DNA of 63,343 nucleotides from a virus (taxonomy: Duplodnaviria > Caudoviricetes), in IMG/VR virus record IMGVR_UViG_3300012927_000007, positions 1 to 63,343 of that record; one strand, given 5' to 3'. The notes under the pieces are model-generated. The model saw only the letters and a program-made list of their open reading frames with translations. It was not told the origin of the DNA and did no database searches. Of the stretch, positions 41,234 to 48,897 are shown one piece after another. Each line of letters starts with the position of its first letter. Positions within the stretch are counted from its first letter, which is position 1. Made by a program: the position numbers and the translations under genes.

Positions 41234-42607
41234 TTACTTCTTCACTTCTTCGTATGACTTGCCGTCCGGTGAGACGTACGCTTGATTGCCGTCCTTGTCG
41301 ATGTGAAGCGCCCAACCTTTGGCGTTTGTGGGCGCAGCGACACCCGCGGGGGTAGTCTTGGCTTTCGCTCCCGCTAACCCCTGCGAGGCAATGTACTGCT
41401 GCAGCGTCATGTCGGGGTTCTGCTCGTGGAGCTGCTCCAGTTTGGTCACGTCATTGTGCGAGAACGGCACCGACGTCCGCAACATGTTGACCATGTCCTG
41501 AATTTCGTCTTTTTGCTCTTGCGGTATTTTGGGGTTGTGCAGGTACGGCTCGATACCCTTCTCGACGATCTGCCGGTACTCCGCCAGTTTGTGAAGGCGC
41601 GTATATCCCGTATCCCCCTCACGCAATTCAAGTTTGCCGAAAACGTCATTGAGCCCTTGTGCCGTCTGCAAGCCGCCAGACTCCACCATTGCGAGGTTCT
41701 TAGCCAACCCCGGCAGCATCGTCATATAAGACTGCACCTCCTGCGGAGCCAGCTGGTTGGTCAGGACGCCTTTGGCGGAAGCAAACAAACTCTGCCCTGG
41801 AGATGCGCCCACGCCAAAGAACCCGGAAGAAGCTCCCGTGGGTAAATTCGTGATGTTATCCACCGCCGCGGTTGCCTCGTTCGCGGACGACAGCACCCGC
41901 TGGAACAGCGCACCGCTACGCGAGTCAAGTCCCGCGCCCTTCGTAGTCGGAGCCGGAGCACCGAATGGGGTTGCCTTACCCGTGGATGAATCTACCATGT
42001 AGGTTTGCTTGGCAGGAGTACCGTCAGGGCCGGCAACGTCGTGCTCCACCATGGAAAAGTGCGGGGTACCCGTGGTCGGCTTGGGCGGCTGCGCAGTAGC
42101 TCGCATCGCGGTATCTAACATCCTGCCTTGAGTCTTTTCCTGCAACTCCTGCAGCGCCAATCTGGCTTTCAAAGAATCCCGGTCGACCCCGGAGAGTTTT
42201 TCCGCAAGTCCCGTATCCTCGTCCCCCTGCTGCTGTTGGAACTGCTGATTCTGTTGGCGCCAGTCGGCTACCGCACCGGCCGCCTTGCTCCATTGATCCG
42301 GGATTCCGTGCGCAGATGGGGAGAGCATCGCCTGCGCGAATCGCAGTCCCAGCACGCTCGGATCCATACGCTGGGAGGCCAAGCGCTCGCGGGCCTGCTT
42401 CAACGCGTTGCGTGCTTCCTGTGCATTCGCATCGAAGTCCTGCAGGAGTGCCGCTTCGCCTTTGGTGTCGACCCCTTCCGGGTGCTGCTTGAGATAACTT
42501 TCCCCCCATGCGCGCCCCTCCGGGGATACCGGCGGCGCCTGTAGCGAGCCCAACGCGCTCTGCGGGGGCGCGTCGGTATCGTCGGTCACTGCGTCTAATG
42601 CGCTCAC
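41234..42607 (-). CDS. internal virion/ejection protein
   Basis: 457 aa, helical and Q-rich; C-terminal beta-hairpin module. Confidence 0.7.
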   Translation of the reverse strand: MSALDAVTDDTDAPPQSALGSLQAPPVSPEGRAWGESYLKQHPEGVDTKGEAALLQDFDANAQEARNALKQARERLASQRMDPSVLGLRFAQAMLSPSAHGIPDQWSKAAGAVADWRQQNQQFQQQQGDEDTGLAEKLSGVDRDSLKARLALQELQEKTQGRMLDTAMRATAQPPKPTTGTPHFSMVEHDVAGPDGTPAKQTYMVDSSTGKATPFGAPAPTTKGAGLDSRSGALFQRVLSSANEATAAVDNITNLPTGASSGFFGVGASPGQSLFASAKGVLTNQLAPQEVQSYMTMLPGLAKNLAMVESGGLQTAQGLNDVFGKLELREGDTGYTRLHKLAEYRQIVEKGIEPYLHNPKIPQEQKDEIQDMVNMLRTSVPFSHNDVTKLEQLHEQNPDMTLQQYIASQGLAGAKAKTTPAGVAAPTNAKGWALHIDKDGNQAYVSPDGKSYEEVKK

Positions 42608-43857
42608 GCCGCCCTCCGCAAATGATCCAAGCCGCTACGCGGTTTTGCGAACCGCCGCGTGGGGCCACCGCGCGCGCCGCCGCCAAGAGCGCTGCCGACC
42701 TGACCCGAATTGAGCCCCGCGTACAGCCCGATTGACTGACTCAGCGGGGAGGCGCCCGTTACGGGGGCGTACGCGGTATTTGAGCCTTGCGTCATCCCGG
42801 GGGTAGTCGTTGGGGTAGCCGTCCCCTGGAGCATCTGCGACAGCCAGGAAGCCTGCTGGTAGGGATATTGCTGTTGGTTCAAGAAGTCCTGATATCCCAA
42901 GTTGAGGTTCTGTTGGTTCTGCCCTTGCTGTTCTTGGCCCACGGTATCGAGCGCACCCGCGCCTTGTAGCCCCAGGCTCTGCCCCGTCTGGGCCAAAGTG
43001 CCGAGCGTATTGGCTCCTTGCAGACCCAGTGCGCCTTGCTCGTACCCGAGGCCACCACCAATCTGTCCCAGTGAGCCCAACGCACTGGCGCCTTGCAGCC
43101 CCAGCGAGCCCTGCTGACCTGCAATACTCGCAGCGGTAGATCCAAGTCCAGCCTCTTGCTGAGCACCCTGCAACCCCGCAGTCTGCGCCTGTTGGTATGC
43201 TTGACTGAGCGCAGCATTGCCCGTTGACTGGATGCTCTCCGCGAGCTGGTTAGCGCCTTGCGTCTGTGCCCGCAGGTCAGCGGACGAGCCGGATTGTCCC
43301 GCAGCCGCATATTGTTGTTGGATGGAAGGCTGCAGCTGGTTCTGCCAGAACTGCCCCGCCTGCGTCTCGGCCGCGCCGATCACGTTCTGCGCGTACGGGT
43401 TCATCTGCGCCGCAGTCGGACTGAGCGCGCTTTGGATCATGCTATTGGAGTTCGCCAAGTAGGGGGACGCCGCGCTGTATCCCGCGTTCGCCGTGCCCAA
43501 CGCACTTTGAATCCCCGCTTGCGCCTGCGGCAGATACCCCAACGCGCTGTTGATCGCGCCGGGCTGCGCAGAAGCACCCGCTAACGCACTGGCTTGATCC
43601 AGCGGTTGCTGATACTGCCCCTGCAGGTTCTGCACCGTTTGAGCCGCGCCCGTTTGCGCATCCGTCTGGGGGGCAATTCGTGGGCCACCGTAGGTTTGAT
43701 ACGGTTGGGATGCGACTGAATTAGCCTGCGCCAGAATGCCCTGCGTGTACTCTTGCAGCCACGTCGGGACGTTGCTTTGACTCTGGCTGTAGTTGGTCCC
43801 CTGCGCCGGGGTTTGCCCCTGGAACAGAAAACTCAGTGGGCTACCTGTGCTGCTCAT
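42604..43857 (-). CDS. ejection/pilot protein
   Basis: Q/A/G-rich, PYQTYGGPRIA, MNPYAQNV, YQDFLNQQQYP. Confidence 0.72.
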   Translation of the reverse strand: MSSTGSPLSFLFQGQTPAQGTNYSQSQSNVPTWLQEYTQGILAQANSVASQPYQTYGGPRIAPQTDAQTGAAQTVQNLQGQYQQPLDQASALAGASAQPGAINSALGYLPQAQAGIQSALGTANAGYSAASPYLANSNSMIQSALSPTAAQMNPYAQNVIGAAETQAGQFWQNQLQPSIQQQYAAAGQSGSSADLRAQTQGANQLAESIQSTGNAALSQAYQQAQTAGLQGAQQEAGLGSTAASIAGQQGSLGLQGASALGSLGQIGGGLGYEQGALGLQGANTLGTLAQTGQSLGLQGAGALDTVGQEQQGQNQQNLNLGYQDFLNQQQYPYQQASWLSQMLQGTATPTTTPGMTQGSNTAYAPVTGASPLSQSIGLYAGLNSGQVGSALGGGARGGPTRRFAKPRSGLDHLRRAA

Positions 43858-45942
43858 TTACTTGGCTCCCCCGCGCAGGTATGCCTCGGGCGCCTTGGAC
43901 TTCATGAACTGTTTCCCCTTCACGAGTTGTTTGCCGGCGTGCTTTCGCACTCGTACGCGCAACTGGTCCAAAGCCCGTGCGCCCGCCTCGTTGGAGCCGT
44001 TCCCCAGCATCGAGACGGTTCCGCCGTCCATCACGTACTCCCCGCCCGAGAGCTTGGCATCGACGTCATCAGAGGTCCCGTCCCCGTGGCCGGGGTCCGG
44101 CACGTAACTATCTCCTTGCGTGGAATCGAATGCCCCCCCGTGCGCCATGGTAGTAGCGCCGGGCAATATGGGTTGAATAGTCTTCATCCCTGGAGCGGTG
44201 CCCGGGGCGGCTACCCCTGGAGACGGCGTCACCGCCGGAGACGCCCCGGTGCCTGGGGACACTCCCGGTACGGTCGGGAGCTGGTTGTTGCTGAAGAAGC
44301 TCTGCTCCGGCCCTTGCCCATACGTGTACCAATTGGCGACGTTCGGTTGTGTGTACGAGCGGTTGTTGGTAGGAGTCGCGATCGACGGCGGCGGTCCGTA
44401 GCCGGCTGGCGTAGCCGGCGCGGAAGCCGCTTTGTTGCCGCCCAACGCCGCAGCAAGCAGGGGGGCCAATGCGCCATACTGCTGCAGGAGTTGCCCCATG
44501 GAGGAGACCCCGAGGGCGCTCCCCAAACCACTCAATGCGCCGCCTGATCCCAACACACTACCCGTCTGGGTGCTCAAGCCGGGGATTTTGGAGGTTTGCA
44601 ACGCAGGGTTATTGCCCTCTTGCAACCCGCCCGGCACGGGGTTCGCATTTTCATTGACGTTGAACTGGCTCCCGTCCGCGTTGTATCCGGTAGACGGGGT
44701 ATTGTTGTTCAGGTACTGCTGCAAATTCTGCTGGCTATCGTTAGGCGCCACCAAGCTGCTGTAATCCACCGGCGACGGTTGGTACAGGTCAGAGAGCGTG
44801 TTGGTGTAATCGGCATAATTGAGGTAACTACCGCCGTCCGCGAAATGTCGCTTGCGGTTGGCGAAGGACCCCTCGTACAACTGGCGCAGTCGTGCGCTGG
44901 TTTTTGAATTACGCTTCATAGATCCGCCCCGCGCTGCTTTGTTTGCTGACTTGCCCGTAGGCCCTTTGTTGCCCACTTGCTGTAAAAGCTGACTTGCTTG
45001 ATTGAATTGGTCGGGGACGTACTGCTGACCCCACCCCATGCTGGGTACCATACCCGTGCTGTAAACTAACTGTTGTATATTGGCGGGGATGTCTTTTTGC
45101 GATTGCCCAAGAAGCCCGTTTACTTGTTGAGCTATCTGGCCTTTGTCTCCGCTGGCAATGGCCGACTGAAGCGAGTTCTGTACGCCGCTCCAGTATTTCG
45201 GAGTCAGCTCCACTGCGGGAGTCTGAGTATCGAGATACCCTGACAGCAACATGCCGGCTATGGGGACGTACTGTCCAATCGTGCTAAGCGCGGTACCTGC
45301 GGCAGACCCTGCAGCGCTCCCTGCTCCAGCTCCCGCAGCGGCCCCACCAGCTCCGGCTCCTGTGCCAGCCAGGGAGCTTGCGGTGTTGTATAAATCGTAA
45401 GCGTTTAGAGCAGCCCCTCCGTACCCGCCAACTCCGCCCTTCTGCAACCCGGAATAAATCCCGAGCGCATCCCCTGCCATGCCAACCCCCGGCACCGTCC
45501 CGCTACCTCCGACAGTATTAGCCAGCTTGCCCGCGTTGATCGCAGCCCCGGCGTACCCCACCGGGGTTCCAGAACTCAAACCGCTGTAAATCCCCAACCC
45601 GGCCGCCGCCCCCGACAAGGCGCTATTGCCACCCGCCACGCTGTTCGCATCCGCTAATCCCTGCTTTGCCAGCCCCAGCGCTGGCGAAGGTCCACTTGAC
45701 CGCGCCGCAGGAGAGGGTGCCAGTGCTCCTGCAGGGTTCGTCGCAGGCGGGGAGGTCAGCGCGGAGGAGGGCGCCGGTGTGGTCTGCGTGGCTTGCGCTG
45801 TTGGGGGAGCTTGCGCCCCCTGCGGCGGGGACGAAGGCGCAGGCGCAGGATAGCTGCCCGCAATCGTATAGGAACCCCCGGACGATGGGGCAGGAGACCC
45901 GTACAGGCTGATCAACCGGCTCCACAGACCGTCGTTGCTCAT
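43858..45942 (-). CDS. Gly-zipper ejection protein with TMP-C-terminus-like domain
   Basis: Gly/Ala hydrophobic tracts; MAHGG...GDGTSDDVDAKLSGGEYV. Confidence 0.72.
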   Translation of the reverse strand: MSNDGLWSRLISLYGSPAPSSGGSYTIAGSYPAPAPSSPPQGAQAPPTAQATQTTPAPSSALTSPPATNPAGALAPSPAARSSGPSPALGLAKQGLADANSVAGGNSALSGAAAGLGIYSGLSSGTPVGYAGAAINAGKLANTVGGSGTVPGVGMAGDALGIYSGLQKGGVGGYGGAALNAYDLYNTASSLAGTGAGAGGAAAGAGAGSAAGSAAGTALSTIGQYVPIAGMLLSGYLDTQTPAVELTPKYWSGVQNSLQSAIASGDKGQIAQQVNGLLGQSQKDIPANIQQLVYSTGMVPSMGWGQQYVPDQFNQASQLLQQVGNKGPTGKSANKAARGGSMKRNSKTSARLRQLYEGSFANRKRHFADGGSYLNYADYTNTLSDLYQPSPVDYSSLVAPNDSQQNLQQYLNNNTPSTGYNADGSQFNVNENANPVPGGLQEGNNPALQTSKIPGLSTQTGSVLGSGGALSGLGSALGVSSMGQLLQQYGALAPLLAAALGGNKAASAPATPAGYGPPPSIATPTNNRSYTQPNVANWYTYGQGPEQSFFSNNQLPTVPGVSPGTGASPAVTPSPGVAAPGTAPGMKTIQPILPGATTMAHGGAFDSTQGDSYVPDPGHGDGTSDDVDAKLSGGEYVMDGGTVSMLGNGSNEAGARALDQLRVRVRKHAGKQLVKGKQFMKSKAPEAYLRGGAK

Positions 45943-46163
45943 AGCCGCACGCACTCTACGAACCGCTCAGCCCATAAGCGCCAGTCGGTATACCCCTCAG
46001 GTACGGGCGGGGAAAATCGCGCGACAGCCGGGATAGCAATTGTGCTGTAAGCCCACTCCAGCCAGTCATCCCCTAGCAATCGCATTGGCGGCGCAGAAGT
46101 CGCTAACGTCAAATTCACCGCATCCGTCCACTGGTGCAGAGTCATCTGGCGCGGGTCGATCAC
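45939..46163 (-). CDS. small tail-associated protein
   Basis: 74 aa, Trp-rich, coupled to nozzle gene. Confidence 0.6.
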   Translation of the reverse strand: MIDPRQMTLHQWTDAVNLTLATSAPPMRLLGDDWLEWAYSTIAIPAVARFSPPVPEGYTDWRLWAERFVECVRL

Positions 46164-47725
46164 TTGGTGTACCTCCCGTCTGTCTCCTCAACATGCGCCA
46201 GCGTATTCCCCAAGGTGTAATCCCCCCCGGGGGTGTTGCTCTCAAATTGGAACGCCAACAAACGCGCGTTCTGTTTCAGGTACGCCAGCTCCTGGTCGGT
46301 CGTGGTAATGGTCCCCGGGATAGTCACCAGCGGCGATTGGTCCTGCGTTACACGCGCGTTCGCCCGCGAGAACACGGATACTTTGAGGTCAGTTGCCGCA
46401 CTACCGATCGGGGTTAGATCAGGCTCGATCAAGCTTACCCGGTATGCCTTGTCCTTCGGGGGGTTGCGGGTAATGGGGGAAAACTCACTCGTCTTGAAAT
46501 ACGAGCGGATCGGGAATGTCGCACCAGAAGCTACTTTGTCCAGCCCCGTCTCATGCTGCCACAACGTGTACCCGGTGGAAGTCTGCACCAGATCCATGAA
46601 GTACGGCTTATTGAACACGCGCGGCGAGGTGCCCGCAGAGCGACTACCTCCACCGGTACCTGAGACCGCATCCGGCAGTGGCGTGTCGAACCATGTATTG
46701 AGATACGTGTTGAACACGATAGCCCAGTTGCATTCCGTAGCGCCAAACATCGGCGCGCACCACCAGATTTCCCCGAACGACTGCACCTTGATCGCGAATA
46801 CCTTCTGTCGCTGCGCAAAGTTCAGATTCTTGAAGAACCACTCCACATTCAAGTTGTTGGGCAACTCGCGCACGATACCGTTGAACAGTGAGAAGTGGTC
46901 CACCTCGGGCCAGTAGTAAATCCCGTCGAACTCGACAATAGATTGTGAGGACAGCACCGAGACTTCCGCCGAGATCGTGTTGAAATTGAACGGTATCCCC
47001 GCCAGCAATGCCGGGTTGTACGTCGCCACCACTAAGTCAGCCAGCGTCCAGAAGATAGCCGCAGGGCCGCCCGAGCCGTTACGCAACGGGAGGCCCTTGA
47101 CTACTTTCTGATCCGAAACGAACGCGGAGTTGAACGTCGACCCCGGGGTGATGTTGTTGATCTGCGAGATGTCGATCCGGCCATAATTGCTATACCCGAT
47201 CAGGTAAGGCGCAATCGCGACGACGCCACCACTCACGTTGGGCATACCGCTGGCGACTAACTTGCTAGTCGCAGCGGCGGGTCCGTAGAAAATCGGGGTC
47301 TCGACTGAACTGGTGATATCCACCAGATTCTGCCCCGGGCTGCCGACAATGGTCGTCTGCCCGCTGGTGGTGTCGTAGAACTGATCTAACATCCACAGGT
47401 TGTTGACGTTCGCGGTAAACCCGGAAGCCGGCGTACGGTCTGCTTGGAACCCCGGGTTGCCGAACTGATCCGACTGCACCTGCGTGCAGAAACTCTGCGA
47501 GCCTAAGTGGATGTAGTTCGTGCCGCCAAAGAAATACGCATCCATCCCCCGCACCACTTCGGGCAGTTGGGACGTGATCGATTTGTAGCCTGCGATCTTG
47601 CGTGGTAGCCCCCGTCGATTGAACCGCACCCATAGGCCGTCCTTGTACTCATCCCCTTCGAAAAGCGTGCCGTCCCGCTTGATCCCGGGTTTGGAGACGA
47701 TCTTGAAGGGCTCTGTCGTAGGCAT
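46160..47725 (-). CDS. tail nozzle/stabilisation protein (P22 gp10-like)
   Basis: 521 aa, beta-rich; PGIKRDGT, FGEIWW, WQHETG, IEPD. Confidence 0.75.
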   Translation of the reverse strand: MPTTEPFKIVSKPGIKRDGTLFEGDEYKDGLWVRFNRRGLPRKIAGYKSITSQLPEVVRGMDAYFFGGTNYIHLGSQSFCTQVQSDQFGNPGFQADRTPASGFTANVNNLWMLDQFYDTTSGQTTIVGSPGQNLVDITSSVETPIFYGPAAATSKLVASGMPNVSGGVVAIAPYLIGYSNYGRIDISQINNITPGSTFNSAFVSDQKVVKGLPLRNGSGGPAAIFWTLADLVVATYNPALLAGIPFNFNTISAEVSVLSSQSIVEFDGIYYWPEVDHFSLFNGIVRELPNNLNVEWFFKNLNFAQRQKVFAIKVQSFGEIWWCAPMFGATECNWAIVFNTYLNTWFDTPLPDAVSGTGGGSRSAGTSPRVFNKPYFMDLVQTSTGYTLWQHETGLDKVASGATFPIRSYFKTSEFSPITRNPPKDKAYRVSLIEPDLTPIGSAATDLKVSVFSRANARVTQDQSPLVTIPGTITTTDQELAYLKQNARLLAFQFESNTPGGDYTLGNTLAHVEETDGRYTK

Positions 47726-48261
47726 TACGAGTCCGCCGGGGGTATCAGGGGTTGTTGGGCCATTTGCTGCGCCTTCTGCTGCAGGACCCGCAGTCGGGCC
47801 TGGATGGCCGCACTGTCAACAGGGTCGCCGGTAGCGACCTTGCGGGGAAATTTACTCCCCGGTGCGGGCATGTTTTCGGACGCGGTTTGTCCCGGCACGT
47901 ACTTGCGGATTGCGCCATCCTTCATGAATTTGATATAGCTGGGCACTTTCAACTGCGCGGCCACTTGCAGGTCATCCGGGGAGAACAGCTGCCCATCCGC
48001 ATCATTGCCCGGGTGTGTATGGTAGATGCCCGCGATCTTCCACCCCTTCTGCACCATGGCTCGCAGCGCGAAGTGGTCGTGCTGCTGCGAGGGGATCGGC
48101 GTGGTCGAGAAATACTGCCCGTTTGGATGCTGCATGAGAAGTCCAGCGGATTCCTGGTCTCCATCACTAATACCGTGGAGCGCACTCCAAGCGCTCGTGT
48201 CGAGGTCGCCCTGGCCCGTGTCGTTGGGGTCTACAGATGCGGTAGGGAGTTGATTAGGCAC
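47725..48261 (-). CDS. JAB/JAMM (MPN+, DUF4329-like) metalloenzyme
   Basis: QESAGLL (catalytic E) and AGIYHTHP-x8-FSPDD (HxH...SxxD). Confidence 0.8.
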   Translation of the reverse strand: MPNQLPTASVDPNDTGQGDLDTSAWSALHGISDGDQESAGLLMQHPNGQYFSTTPIPSQQHDHFALRAMVQKGWKIAGIYHTHPGNDADGQLFSPDDLQVAAQLKVPSYIKFMKDGAIRKYVPGQTASENMPAPGSKFPRKVATGDPVDSAAIQARLRVLQQKAQQMAQQPLIPPADS

Positions 48262-48897
48262 TCAGGTCCACCGAATCACAGCTTTGCCGACGTTGCCCGC
48301 ACCGCTGGTAGATGCCACGTTGCCGCCTACTCCACCTGCGTTGCCCGTGCCGTTTGTCCCAACTATTCCCGCCGCTCCGGCGCCCGGTGTTCCCCCAGCG
48401 CCGTTGGCTCCGGTGTTGCCTGTCGTATTGGTTACGTTGCCGCCCGAAGCGGTGCCTCCCCCGCCCAACGTAGTGCCATTGTTAACACCGCTCACGGTGG
48501 TTGAGGTCGCGGGGGCGCCGCCTTTGCCGCCGCCTGCGCTCATCGTTGTGAACGTGCCGGAGAAGGTGCCTGCAGCGATTGTTACGCCAGTACCCCCGTT
48601 GCCTTGCACTCCCGCTGTAACAGAAGCGCCCCCGGTTCCTATGGTCAGTGTGAACGTTTGGCCAGAATGTCCCGACACCGGCACCGAACTCTTGTTATAC
48701 CCGCCCGATCCGCCGCCCGCTCCGGTTCCAGAACCAGAACTGAAACCTCCGCCGCCTGCCCCAGTATCGCCGAAACCTTCCATCGTGGCCGTAGTGGCGC
48801 CCGGAGGTATCGCCGGAGACTGCGAGGTCGTAAACGTTTGCGTGAACGCAACGAACGGCGCACCAGAGGCCAGAAGTACATTGAAAATGCCAGTCAC
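48262..48897 (-). CDS. Gly-rich tail-fibre tip / receptor-binding adhesin
   Basis: GTGA-coupled to fibre; GAGGGSGGY poly-Gly loops. Confidence 0.72.
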   Translation of the reverse strand: MTGIFNVLLASGAPFVAFTQTFTTSQSPAIPPGATTATMEGFGDTGAGGGGFSSGSGTGAGGGSGGYNKSSVPVSGHSGQTFTLTIGTGGASVTAGVQGNGGTGVTIAAGTFSGTFTTMSAGGGKGGAPATSTTVSGVNNGTTLGGGGTASGGNVTNTTGNTGANGAGGTPGAGAAGIVGTNGTGNAGGVGGNVASTSGAGNVGKAVIRWT

